Source: the human T2T-CHM13v2.0 reference genome, Homo sapiens. From it: a stretch of 64,000 nucleotides of DNA. Positions 1-17,106 of the stretch are shown one piece after another (position 1 is the stretch's first letter; the number at the start of each line of letters is the position of its first letter). The stretch lies in the NCBI RefSeq assembly GCF_009914755.1, contig NC_060947.1; one strand, 5' to 3'. The translations under genes were made by a program, and so were the position numbers. Below the pieces are notes generated by a model. That model was not told the DNA's origin. It made no database searches and saw nothing but the letters and a program-made list of their open reading frames with translations.

Positions 1-452
1 AATCAATGTACTTTATGTTCTTAGCTCCCACAATTTAACCTAAATATTTGCCCTGGCATCCTTAATACTGCTCCAAACAAGCATTAGGTCATAGCCTGTT
101 CCTCTTCCTTATTTGAAGGGGTTTTTACCTTTCTCAACATTCCACAAGTTACTTCCTCCTTCCTTTGTTCTCCTCTGCCTTTGCCTCTTTTAAAAAGTTC
201 TAAGTTGCTAGCCAGTCAAGACAAACACAAAATGTGAGGTCCCGTTCCAGCCAATAAGAACCAGACACAACAGTAGGGTAGACGCGTCAAGTTATAAATA
301 ACCCTATCTCCTTTGTTCGGTATACTCTCGTAACAAAACTACTGGCAAGTGGACCCTTTCTACAGAAAGTATAAAAATAGCCTTACTAAAAAAAATAAAT
401 CTATGTTCAAATACTATTTATTTATGGCACCAGAAAACAAACATTTCAAACA
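1..452 (+). mobile_element. ERV1 LTR, LTR10C-like, cut by the window start
   Basis: CCAAT (252-256), TATAAA (293-298), AATAAA (~394-399) and terminal ...CA; resembles recalled LTR10 family consensus. Confidence 0.65.
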
Positions 453-689
453 CTAAAGATACAGCAAAGATAATCTTCATTAACCAAACTGATAAACAGT
501 TTCAATAGACAGAGTTCAAATTTGTGAGAATAAACATTGGATTCCAAGAAGGTTATACTGATTGTTACTGGCCTGAATTTATGATAGTACAGTGCCTGCC
601 ACAGTAACCGTAATTTATTTTGATACCTATACTGTACAAAATATCAGATAGCACTAGAGCAAGGAACTCACTAGTATAAATTTACATCT

Positions 690-1570
<881 letters not shown>

Positions 1571-1734
1571 TACTCAAATATTGTCTCTCAGCTAAAACTA
1601 AAAAGAAAATATCTTACCTCTTCAAAATCCCAGTGTACTGAAAAGTATTAAAGTCTAGACCTCAGGAGGGAAATTGGAAGGATAAATAGTGGGGGAAAGT
1701 TACTTGAAACAACTCTCCTTAAAAGAGACATCTG

Positions 1735-3411
<1,677 letters not shown>

Positions 3412-4289
3412 GCCATCTGTGGAATGAACAGGAAGGAGAAACGGGAGTTTCAGGATCTTGGCCAGAGCATTGTAGTCCTCACTGGTTTATGGCAAAGTAG
3501 AAACATCTCAGAAGAACAGGGTGGTTAAGTTGAGGCAAGGTGCCAGTTCAGGAAAGTCAGCTGACATGACAGATAGTCAAAGTCAAGGGCTTAGACGCAA
3601 TCCAGGTCAAGGCTGCAACACTGGTGGGCATTTAAGGCATAGAAGACTTATTGTGGAACCAGCTCTGGCATCTCAGCTAGAGTCTGAGGGTGACCGAAGA
3701 ATTTTAGACTTTGGTCAATGCTTCCTAATTGACTCTAAATATCTTAGAAAACCCCTTTATTTTATTGGCCTCCACCTCAGTCTATGGATTGTGTATGAGT
3801 CATGTTTTCTGATCCAACTGGAAATGTTCAACAGTAGTTGTCTTCTTGAGGTCTAGCAGGCTCATCTTGGACACCTCATTGTATTCCTCCCTCCTCGTCT
3901 TCTAAGGGATTTGTCTGGTCTGAGCCATCAGTGGAGCTTGGTCAAGGTTAGTTACAGACTCCAACCTCAACCTTCCTATTCACTCGTAGAGTCCCTTCTA
4001 TCAAGTTGGAAGAAGAGACCTCACAGAGAACTAACAGAACAATAACTCAATAGAGCCAGTTTTACTAAGTCCAGCATTGGTCCCAGGAATGCTGGTCAAC
4101 GTTATAAAGTCCCAATTTTACTAAACACTGTTTTTGCCTCCTGTCAATCTGACGACTTGAATTTTTTTAAATATTATGATTCTCTTTTTTAATGAGTCAA
4201 GAGTAAAGCTCAAGCTACCCAATCAACTAATTAAAATTTATCCTCCCTATCACCACTACATACACATATAGTGGCACTATTTATACAAC

Positions 4290-4508
4290 TTCCATCCTTT
4301 ATTTTTTTTCATGACACCACCATCTGCTACACGGTACTCATAATTACATGTTTTACTAATGTATTCCTTTATTATCTGTCTCTCCCCACTAAAATATAAG
4401 CTCCAAGAGGGCAGAAACTTTTCTCTATTTTGTTCACTGCTATATCTTCAGCTGCTTAGAAAAGTGGCTGGTGCATTATAGGTACACACAATAAATATTT
4501 ATTGAATA
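4290..4508 (+). mobile_element. L2 3' end
   Basis: taagctccaagagggcag...aataaatatttattgaata terminal motif. Confidence 0.7.
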
Positions 4509-4851
4509 CAGACATTGTTCAGCAACTCAGTAGTAAGGAGGAAGAAGAGGGAAAGCTCAGTTGTCTACCCTGTGTGTAGCATAATTCATTTTCATATGGC
4601 ATATTTCATCTGTTTATTTGCCCATCCACAGAATGTGATGGATAGAGATTAGTATCAACTGAAAAAAAGGTGGAAAAATTTTCTGGAACAAAATGAGATT
4701 TGGAAGCTATGATTCAAGTTACTATGGTAAAAGACGTGAGAGAAAAACAGCATGATTACTGTAAGTCAGGCATTGGGCTAAATGCCTTACATATGTTGTC
4801 ACTGAATCCACCAAATGACCCTGTAAAAATGGTATTGTTACTACCTTCTCA

Positions 4852-5161
<310 letters not shown>

Positions 5162-7839
5162 GCGGGGGTGGTGAGAGCATAAATGAAGTTTACCTCAATC
5201 AAGCTGCTTCTTCTCGCAAGGTCATACTATTATTTACTAAGTAGCCAAGCCAAGTGTTGAACACTGGTTAGTCTTTTCCCTGAGCCAGATATCTCAGCCC
5301 ACAGTTAATGTTTTAGGCAACAAGAGAAATGAGGACCCTCCAGCATTGTATGAAAAGAACCATATTTATGTTGCAACTACCATGATGCCAAAGCTCACTG
5401 ATGACTGAAAGTGGGTGTCAAGGAATGAGGTCACAGCAATGGAAATCCCTCCAGTTGGTTTCACTAATAATTTTTATTTTATAAAAATGTATTCTGAAAT
5501 TTATTCACCTACTTTTTATTTTAATATGACATTAATTCTTCACTCCTACCCAATGCTGGCCCATCTGTGGCCATAAACTAGAACTGATTTTCCCATAGTT
5601 GTGGTTATCAGAATCCCTAGATGGTGAGATTGTTCTAATTGGGATATCAAAGTGGAATATTCCATAAAATAATAGTATTCTAGGATATAAATATAAAATG
5701 GCCTATAAAAATAAGTATTGTAGATCAAGATTCAGGACATGTAAACACTCTTTAAAGTGGGTCAGCAAAACATAGGGCTGGTAATTCTAGCACTGCTAAT
5801 TTATTCCACAATCTGGAGGGCTCTGAACTCAAGAGGTTAGAATGCTATCAAGAGTCCATGCCATTCCTTGAGGAGCTGCTATTTATTAAGTGTGGTCCTA
5901 ATAACCAGCCATTAACTTCAGCAAAGATGAGATAGTCAAGTAGTCACAGACACATGCAAAGAGGCCAGAATACTGGCTAAACCGAGAAGCTGTTTTGGCA
6001 GCCATGGTGGATGCATTTTTTTCCCAAACAATGTATCAAGAGAATTAGGATAAGATGATTATGACTTGGAGTTCTCAGACATGCCACTCCTGTTAACAAA
6101 TTGTTATATTAGTACATCACAAAAATAATATGCCAAAAGTCCTGAGAGAGAAAAAAAATAATGATTGCAAAGACAGAATGGCATGGCAGAATATATGATA
6201 ATTATTCTACAAAGTATAAAATTCTCTTTCCATTTGTGCCCCTCTATGACACACAATGTCCCAGATAAGAACTTATTAACACCAGTGGTGCATGAGAAAT
6301 TGTAAGCTTCAAGGCTGGGAACTACTTTGGAGACATCAGATCTCTGGAAAGGTAGAAGGACCCGGGTGAGGCTCAGAGGGAAGCTTGCTGGTCTGGTCTA
6401 TAGTAAGAGAAGGGATCTTAATTGGGGCTTTGAAGTTTTGCTCTAGATTATTCTATAAGACTGGTCCCCTGCCCAAGGATGCTATTGTTTATTTGATTGA
6501 AGGACTCCTTTGTTTTCCCTGTATATAGAACCTAAGCAAGTGGTTAGTGAGGGAGATGTGGGGGAAGATATCAGAGGTCATAGAACCATCTCATTTCCAA
6601 AAATTACAGACATAGGGAATGCGTAAGTTACTTTGTAAATTTTCAGGTGCTTAATATCTGAACTTCAAAGAGGACCAATCTGAAAGTCAAAAGTCAAAGG
6701 GTAAGGGCTTTAATTTTATGCCACATGAATACATGCACTTGAAATTATAAGAACTTTTCTGAGGTCTTATCGTGTATCATATTTTAAATAAAAATCCCTT
6801 GGTTTTTGATGATGCCAGAGATGTAATGTCACAATGATAATGTCACAATGAATATATAAAAACTAGAAGCTAAGTTGTGTAAGAGCTTTACTCCTACTTC
6901 ATTCTTTGCCACCAAAGACCCTCCTAAGATTTACCAACTTGTCTTCAATCCCATCAGGAGTGTTCTTTGGCTGCAAAATATGTTCAGTGCCTAGAAATTA
7001 CACAGTGCAAATTCTAGGGAAGCCTTGCATCTTTTCTGGGGACAGTCAAAATGTGGTAGGTCTTAATAATATTAATTTGGATTCAATGCAGAAAGGAATT
7101 GGGGCCCTGTTGCCTTGAAATTTGGATATTGCCATCATGCTACAAGATGTTATTTTTAGATCTTGGTGATTACCAGTGTTTTTCAACATTGGTTGAAAGG
7201 CAAACAAGGACTGAGCAACCTCTACAAGGATGAAGTAATGAAGCAATTATAAAAATTGGAAATTTGAGAACATACCTGGAGGAACTCTCATAGTGAGTGT
7301 CTTTCTCTGCTTAGCCTTTTCACTGGATTTGGTAGTTGGTATTGTGCAAAGCTTTTTTGACCTTCCTAGATCATCTTTATGAATTTTGCCTCAGTCTTCA
7401 GGGGAGCTTCCATGTTAGTACCAATATCATGCTGATGTCTCTACCTACTGACTACATATGAAATAACCAGATAAGAGAGGACAAGAGGAGGAGGAAATTC
7501 TGATAAGAGAGGAGAGAGTTCCCCAAACCACTATCCAATTTTGTATAGGTATATAGACCCCCCCAAGTGGTGTTAACAACTATTTACCCAATTTATGAGG
7601 TGGATGAGAAAATGCAAATCATGTAGAACATGTAATTTATGGCTCACACATCCTTGTGCTATTGGGAAATTTTATTCAGATGGCCCAGATAAAAGATAAT
7701 GTGAATAAGCTTTGATCTATAAAATTATAAGAACTTCTATGATTTCAGAGATAAAAGAGGTCAAAGCGGGCTCATGGAGTCCGGCAGGCTTTCTGACGGA
7801 GATGAGACTCTGAATTATAGAGACTACTACTACCTCTAG

Positions 7840-8065
7840 CAATAATAATATCCAAACTTTGTTGAGTGATTATTATGTGCCAAACAGAGTTTAACTGCTT
7901 TACATGTGCTCCCTTATTAAATCCTCACAAAACCCTATGAGGTGAGTAATAGCATCATTCCCATTTTTTAGATGAGGAAACCGTGGCACAGAATCAAGGT
8001 CACACAGCTGGAAATCAATGGAACTGGGATTTGAACCTTAGCAATCTGTCCTCAGGCCCAGAATC
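7840..8065 (-). mobile_element. MIR
   Basis: Core aatcctcacaaaaccctatgagg...tagatgaggaaaccgtggcacaga. Confidence 0.75.
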
Positions 8066-8417
8066 TTTGTAGTCAGAAAGGGCTTTTTGAGAGAATTCTT
8101 ATCAGAGACATGAAGGAGAGGGACAGTTAAAGCATAAGGAAGCATAAAAATCTTTGGTTCCATGATAACATCAAACTTACATGAATTACAAATATAGTTT
8201 GTCCTTGCATTTCTTATACTGCATTTTTTCTTTTTGATTTTCACTGAAAGGAGACAACTGGTGCTCTATTCTATCTTGGTAATAGGCTATGTTTTTCTCA
8301 GTAGGGTCAGAATATTCAGGATAGAGAGTAATTAGAGATCACAGACTCACAGATGACAACCTCAGTTGGTATGGCAGTAATTTATGCTCTTCAAAGCACT
8401 ATATCAGAGATATAGAA

Positions 8418-8610
8418 CAGGGGTTCTCAACCAGGGTGATTTTGTCTCCCAGGAGACATGTTTGGTTATCACACTGAGGGGAGAGTACTACTGCATCTAG
8501 TTGGTAGAGACCAGGGATACTACTTAACATTATACAATATGCACGACAGCCTCTCACAACCAAGAATTATTTGGCCCCAAATGTCAAGTACCAAGATTGA
8601 GGAGCTCTGA
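8418..8610 (+). mobile_element. MER20 (hAT-Charlie)
   Basis: caggggttctcaaccagggtgattttg start and aagaattatttggccccaaatgtcaa. Confidence 0.7.
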
Positions 8611-8648
8611 TCTACATAGTGGTACAAACATAGTGTTCTCAGGAACTA

Positions 8649-9173
<525 letters not shown>

Positions 9174-10372
9174 TCAGTCCAGGTAATTAGCCCTGACTAG
9201 AACAACACAGTGGGGATAACTAAAACTTCAAGTATTTACTACATTCAGGGCACAAATGTACCTTACCTCACTGAGTGTTCACAACCACCTTAGAGGAAGT
9301 TGTTATTTTTCAAATCCTCAGCAAGGTTAGTAACTAGCTCTGTGTCATCCAGTAAGAGAACTGGGGTTTAATCTGTCAGTGTGTTTTCAATTGCAACCCC
9401 TGCCTCTTTCTATGGGATGTGGTAAAGGTTCCGAAGAGCTAGTAAGGTTATTAAAGAAGAAAATAATTATCATTTTAAAAAATAGATGAAAATGACAGAG
9501 TACTTTTGCCTTGAAATTTGTTGACGTCAGTACATAGGAGATATTGCCCAGATAGCTGTTTCTTGCAAGAAAAGAACAGGAGGAAATGTACTGAAAGAAC
9601 ACAGTGAAACCTCATGTTTAGTCTTCAGGGAGAATCACTTCACAGTTTGAAACATTGACGCAGACTACTGAAGGATGTTGTGTAATCTGCGTCTCTGGAG
9701 GGTTTATAGAATAGATGCTCTGCTGGGGAGGGTTTGAGTGTGGCCCTGACCAAGGGCAAGGACATGGGCTGCCAGGGCTCCACTCAACTGCTTCTCTGGT
9801 AATAATCCCTGACCACAGCCCAGTGTGGCCTCTTCCCCCGCCCCTCCACCATGCCCACTCCCACTTTGTGAGGAACTCAGTTCAATAGGCAGTCTAGCCC
9901 ACCTTGCATTCCATCTCTAACAGTCTGATCTGGTAGGTCCTCTCTCTTTTCATTCCCAACCCTCCCAGGACTCCATCTCTCCAAGCCCTTTATAATGTTA
10001 GTTTTGAAGCGTTAGATCAAATTGGTAGATATATGGGTGTTCATTGTACTGTTCATCCAACTTCTCTTTATGTATGACAACTTTTATAATGAAAAATAGT
10101 AGGGGGTTCACAGGGGTTGAGAAAAGATTGTGTGGGGCCTGGTTACCATTTAAAGACTTCGGCTTCTACCCTGGGAGAGATGAGGAGATATGGAGAAGTT
10201 TGAGTAAAGGAATGATATGGTCTGGTTTTCTGTTTTAACATATGTCAGGGCTTTCTTTCTCTACTTAAACCTGGCTCAATACCAGGAGGATGAGGAGTGT
10301 TGTAGTTCTCGACATAGTCTTGCCAGAGTCTCTGAAATATGTCCTGCATTACTCACAAGAAAAGCATAAACA

Positions 10373-10687
<315 letters not shown>

Positions 10688-11033
10688 GAAAAGCATAAAC
10701 AAGAAATGGCTTCAATCAAGGTATAGCACAGGAATAGCCAACAAACAATTGACCAGAGTGCTATGTAAATGCTAAGGCACAACTATAATCTGCATTTTAA
10801 AATGTCCAGTTGTGAAATACACCCAAATTGTCTAAGATTCTGATTTCTCTCTATGCCACTGCCCATGGTTCTGTGTTTGGTTTGGATCAATACTCACTCT
10901 GGCAACCACACTGCACATTATTCAGTCATGAGTTTGCAGACATTCCAATCCCAGTTCTTATTCTCCATTGAGTATACACCTGGTATGGTGAAGATGATAT
11001 CTTCAAGTTATTCCAGGAAGAGGAGTTGATGAC

Positions 11034-11452
11034 TGCCTTAGTCCATTTTGTATGTCTATAAAGGAATACCTGAGGCGGGGTAATTTATAAAGAAAAGAGG
11101 TTTTGTTGGCTCATGGTTCTGCAGACTATGCAAGCATGGCAACAGCATCTGCTTCTGGCCAGGATCTCAGGAAGTAAAAGCTTTTTGGATCCCGACCCAA
11201 ATGGTGGAAGGGGAAGGGTGAGCAGGAGTGTCACATGGCAAGAGAGGGAGCAAGAAAGAGGAGGAGGAGAGGTGCCAGGCTCTTTTTAATAACCAGATCT
11301 TGCGTGAATTCACTACCATGCGGGAAGGCACCAAGCCATTCATGAGGGATCTGACCCCATGACCCAAACACCTCCTACTAAGCCCCACTTCCAACATTGA
11401 GGATCATACTTCAACATGATATTTGGAAGGGACAAGCATCCAAATCATGTCA
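11034..11452 (-). mobile_element. MST (ERVL-MaLR) solo LTR
   Basis: TG...CA ends, 5-bp TSD atgac, MST-type internal sequence. Confidence 0.85.
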
Positions 11453-11634
11453 ATGACAAAGTATTTTTTAAATGGGCATAAGGTAAAAATAGAACAATAA
11501 TAATTTAAAATAGAAACAAAAACAATCAATCACTATGAATCCTATAACACAACCTATGAACATTTTTAAATGCTGTATGATTTCAGGCAACATATTTAAA
11601 TTTGCTTAGCCTCTGTTTCTTCTTTTGTTGAATG

Positions 11635-11723
11635 CAATTAGTAATACTTGCCTTATCCCTTTGGATGGAGATCCAAAGAGATATGATATCCATCCAAAGG
11701 GATAAGGCAAGTATTACTAATTG
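11635..11723. repeat. Perfect 35-bp inverted repeat with 19-nt spacer
   Basis: 11635-11669 caattagtaatacttgccttatccctttggatgga is the exact reverse complement of 11689-11723. Confidence 0.97.
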
Positions 11724-12564
11724 TAGTTAGAGTTAAATGAAATAATGAAAAACAGTAAGAATTAATGAATAAAATGAGACCTGTGAACAATACAAAGTAA
11801 TATTGAAACTACTCAAGTCCACAAACTAAAGGAAAAAAAAGATTTATTTAGGAAACATATTTTACTTTATATATAAATATTCATATCCTCAATGACTAAA
11901 CCTTGGAAGTTAGATAACCTATCCATCTGGAAAGACACATAGATCTCGCAGGAAGGTGGTAGAAGGGAATACGTAGATTTATCAGGTATCTATTTGAATT
12001 CTTAGCACAAAGATAAAAAGAACTATGAAACTATGAAAAAAACTGCCAAGTACATTGATTTCTAACCCCCCACAATACCCTCAACTTCCCACCTCTCTCC
12101 CCACAAAAGGACTCTAGCATAATCCTTGGGGAGGTTTTGTAAATTGTGTTTTGTTTGCTGATCTATTGAAATGTGCTGTGTCAAAGCAATGCGTTCAAAA
12201 CTGTAACCTGAGGCTTTCTGCAATCATTGCACTACTAAAATGAACCTTGGTATTCCCCCTTTATAGCTGTACAGATGATAATCTAGTAAATAAATATAAT
12301 ATGTGATGGGAATTTAATAAGGGCCTCGATCGCTCTTGCAATGATGGCAGAGACATTAACATTGAGAAACCTCTATCACTTTTGAGCAAGCAGATTTTAG
12401 TTCTTACATTCATTGGTTTAAATTTCCTTTAGCTCTAAAAAGAGCACATTATATCACCTGGAATTGTCCCAAGTGAAAGCCAAAAGGCTTGTCATAGCAA
12501 TAAATTGTTCCCCTGCTGGCTTATGGCTCTGTCCTCTCAAGGACCTTTGAGTTCTTGCTTACAG

Positions 12565-14484
12565 GAGCCCCAAGCAATGAAGAAATAGAACAGGTGAGTC
12601 ATCCCCCACATACCTGGCAGATAAGTCAGAGGCACCAATCCTCAGTATAAGAGAGTCTAAGTAGCATTAGAATTTGACCAATCCACAAAGTTTTACCATG
12701 TTGACTAGTTAATTTAACAAAATAGCTTGTCCATCCATCAGATAAACTTTTTTTTAACTGAATTGATTGGGAAGCCAGTTGATTCAATAAATGTCAACTG
12801 GTGCAATGATAGTCATGGTCAGAAAAAAAAGTAATCATTTTAAAACATGGTCATCATTACCTGATTGGATGGAAGTTAATACTGGTGTAATTAGCTTTTC
12901 AATCTCTCTTGCACGTGCTCTCTCTCTCTCTCTGCAGTTTGTTTTTTGCAACTATACTAGTAGAGTTTTGCAGTGTCTTGTTTAATTTCTTTGTGTTGAA
13001 AATTCAAATAGATACATTACGCTCCCTAGTAGAGCAGATCAATGTGTGGTTGCATTTTTCCAGATGGATAGGTTATCCTACTTCTAAATATTTAGTCATG
13101 ATAGGAACAATTATATATTCATATAGCAAAGTATTTCCCTTAAGTAAACCCTTTCCTTACTTCTTTATGGCCTCAGGTTGAATAATTTCAATATCAATTT
13201 TAATAAAGAAAAACTTCACTTACAGATCACATTTTCTTTACTAATTTTATGGTTTAATATTATTTCATTCTACTCTCACAATAACTCTTTGGGCATATAG
13301 AACAACTATTAGTTCCTTTCCTTTCTAAAGACAGTCTATTGATATCAAATGGGAACTAGTTCTTTCACTGGATTGCCTTCTCTCCGCTTTTATGAAACCT
13401 TGCTCACCTGGGGCCACTCAGTTAGTAAATGGTACTGTTAGGATTAGAATTCAGACAGTGCAAGGTAATGCTGTACATATGCTGTATATTCATCTACTCC
13501 AGTGGGATCTGGGATAGCATCCTATCACCAAACACTTGAATATTTCTGCATTCAGTAATATGATGGTATCATTTACTACAATAAATAAAGACCATTACAC
13601 ATAATAAATGAAGATAATAAAGAGCATTATGTCTGCTCAGGTCAAGTGTTGCCACCAAATAGTTTTTAGAGGTTTTTGGATTTTAGAGTTGCATATAAGG
13701 GATTGTGGATATGTTTTCCTCTGGTCCTCATGCTCTTTTTCACTATGTGAAGCAACCAGTCATTTAATATTCAAATAACTACCTACATACTTTTTTTCTC
13801 TTACTTCAAAGCTTCTCTGGATAGCAATCAAGCTATTGGTGGTCAGCAGACAGAACCATTAACCCCAAGTATTTTTTCCATTGTCTTCATTATGCACAAA
13901 ATGCAATTCTGTTCTTTCTTTCACTACTGAGAGTTCAACTACACTTCACACAATATTACTCATAATTTTTCACCTGTTTCTTTCTTTCTCTTTCAACTTT
14001 TTCCCTAGCTTCTTTAGAAATGGTCCGGGAGAGAGACAGAAGAAGTAAAAGGATGAGGCCATATCCCAGAAGCCAAGAAGGCAGATTCTGTCGAAGAGGG
14101 TGACAGGGTGCCCTACACTGTAAAATGCTTCAAACAGATTTAGGAGAGTGAGGACCAAAAAGCTGTGACCTTGACAACCAGAAATTCACAGTGACCTTTG
14201 AGGAAACAGTTTTCTCAAGATGTGGAAATGGAAGTCAGAATGCAAAGAGTTGAGGAGCAAGTGCATGGTGGTGAAGCCAACCTATTTTTTAATTAACCAG
14301 GGTCAATGTACTTTAAAAGTCTTCAGAATGCCTGTAAGTTTCCTTTACTAGTTCCATGTACTTTCTTGTTTTCCCATAAAAATCTGGATTTGTGGCAGAA
14401 GAGAATGAAAAAAATTAAAAATTAAAAGCGCTGCTTTTCCTTAAGCACTGACAAAATACAATAAAAGCTGATTCTTATTAAGTT
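12565..14484 (+). ncRNA. Candidate 3' exons of the ACE2-divergent lncRNA (29-nt exon 12565-12593; terminal exon ~14009/14018-14484)
   Basis: TTCTTGCTTACAG acceptor and CAG|GTGAGT donor; long pyrimidine tract ending in AG at 14007-14008 or 14016-14017; AATAAA at 14460-14465 with GU-rich downstream sequence; lncRNA identity is from recalled synteny, not from sequence alone. Confidence 0.4.
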
Positions 14485-16686
14485 GTGTTCTCTTTTGCTT
14501 GTTTTCATTACACTGCTGGCATTATAACAGTTTGTATTCTAATATTTTATGTATAGATGTGCAATATTTCAGATATATTGTGAGATAATATGTTACTGTG
14601 ATTTGGCCTGATGGCTGTATCAGCATAAACCTATTTATATAGGGAAATATCTTTCCTAAATTCCAAAGGATTGACCAGCAAACTAATAGCTTGAGGCATT
14701 GCCATTTTGTGGGTCAAAATGATTATATAGCAGTAATTTTATATAGTTCTACCTCACAAGTTTTCAAATGCAACCTTGAGACAAACTGAATATTGCCAAA
14801 TACTTCATAAATCATTAAATGTGGCAGGCTATGAGCCAATGGCTTAGGATGACAAATGGAGTCCAGGGGACTCCAAGAACCATTAAGACATGAATCTTAA
14901 TTAAACTTTTGCTAAATTTTGCAAATAAGGGCCACCTGTTCACTGTAGCAAGGCACTGGACAATGGCACCTTCCAGGCTTGCTTGCCTGTGGTGGCTAGC
15001 GCTCACCTCTGCTCTATGCCATGCCCAAGAGTTCTTGTTCCACCCTTTCCAAAGGTCTTGGGTATGCCCTAGCTCTGTTGTTCTGGGATCCTACTGCCAG
15101 ATTGGGTCACAAGACATCAGAGAGTTGAAAAATGTACCCTCTCTGGATCTGATTAAATGTCTTCTTTCATCCAACACCTCACACGCATATTTATGTATTC
15201 ACCAGTTTTCAAAAAATATAAGTGATATCAAGGGGTAATTATGGAAAAATTACATCTAGAGACACAATTGTCATTTTTTTATTGGCCAAACTCTCCCCTA
15301 CTGGCCTGTACCACTATAAAGACTTGCACAAACTACTTGCATCCCCCTACTGCCCCTACTGTGTTATAATAATTTTTTAAAGATGAATGTCGTGTATTAT
15401 AAATTGGCTCTTATTCTGTGCTCAGAATAAAAGTCCTTTTAGAACAATGTTATGAAAATAAAGAGCAGAATGACTCAGTAAATGACACCTAAAAATTATT
15501 CATTCATTCAAGCCAAAATTTTTTTTAAATAATGATATTCTTAGTAATTAACTTAATTTTATCATAATTAATGAATGGGTCCCTTATAGGACATTCTTTC
15601 TCTATATTATCTGAATCTAGCATGGTGTCTTCAATAAAGTAGTGGGACATTCAACACATTTTTAAGGAAGAGAAGAAGAAAGGAAAGAAAATGTGCATTT
15701 ACTTATGTAACTAAACTTGAGAATATTTTATACAGGAAAATAAGATGTAAAATGGGAAACAAAATATTATGCTAAGGGGCCCCATGAATTGAAATAAGGA
15801 CTGAGAATTTGGGCTCTGGGTTTCTTTTTGCTTTTTGGTTTTTAATCTGTGTCCTCTCCTATTCCCTATTTCTCATCCAGGAATGATGATAAATGTGCAT
15901 AATCTGTGTAGTGATACTCGTATCTGGAGTCTGATCATTATCATTCTATATGCAATAACTTGCTTAATTCTTTTATATTATATTTTCTAATGGTTAGTTC
16001 TTGTGAAAAACATAGATGATGAAACTACACCAAAAAAAAAAGTTATCTGCATTTACATTTCTTCTGTGAAGCAAATCCAGATATCACCATCCCAGTGCAT
16101 TTTCTTTCCGTAGTGAATTGATTTTCTGTCCTTCCAGTTTCATCAAGCAGTTTTTGCCAGGAACTTGGAAACTGGAATGACAGCTTTATTTCCACTTCCT
16201 TTACAACATTTTGTTTCCAGTACATATCACCTCACAATATGTTCCCTCATGGCACATTACTGGATCATTAAATTAAAAGTGAGAGGTGTGGTTGATGATT
16301 GACTGCTCTCTAATTACCCAGAGTGTTTGTCAAAGGCAGTAGGCAGGAGATATAAGCTCTATTTTGCTGTTACATTGATTGTCAAGGTTACAGAACATCT
16401 CTGCTAGCACAGAAAACTTTTCCAATAAGGATATTTAGTGGAACAGACCTTCCCCCAGTGGAATACATTCCCTCCGCAGCAGAATAAATAGTGAAGAAAA
16501 TGGTCTCGTTATCAAAACAGGTTTGTCTCATGCCTTCAAAATAAGAAACATCTAGAATCAGTGTTTCTCAATCTTCTTTTCGTTATTGTGGCCTTTTAGA
16601 CCTTTTTCTTAATAGTTATCCCATGAAATTTTAATATCTTAGATATAGTTTATCTGCTTACATACTGTGATCATTTGGAGGACTAC

Positions 16687-17106
16687 TGATATCATCTGGA
16701 CCTGTGTCCTCATCAAATCTCATATTGAATTGTAGTCTCCAATGTTGGAGGTGGAGCCTGGTGGGAGGTGGTTGGAACATCAGGGTGGATATCTCATGAA
16801 TCATTTAGCACCATCCTCTTGGTCCTGTTCTCATGAGAGTGAGTGAGTTATCATGAGATCTGGTTGTTTAAAAGTGTGCAACACCTCCCCGCTTGGTTTC
16901 TCTTTCTCCTGCTCCTGCCATGTGAGACACCTGGCTCCCCCTTTCCCTTCCACCATGATTGGAAGCTTCCTGAGGCCTCCCCAAAAGCAGAAGTGGCTAT
17001 GCTTCCTTTATAGCCTGCACAGCTGTGAGCCAATTAAGCCTCTTTTCTTTATAAATTACCCAGTCTCAGGTATTTCTTCACAGCAGTGAGAGAATGGACT
17101 AATACA
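16687..17106 (+). mobile_element. MST solo LTR inserted in a hAT-Charlie-like MER (~16559-17177)
   Basis: TG...CA ends, TSD actac at 16682-16686 and 17107-17111. Confidence 0.85.

Noticed and set aside
6824-6851. 14-bp tandem duplication taatgtcacaatga
   Set aside because: Ordinary slippage-scale duplication with no supporting context
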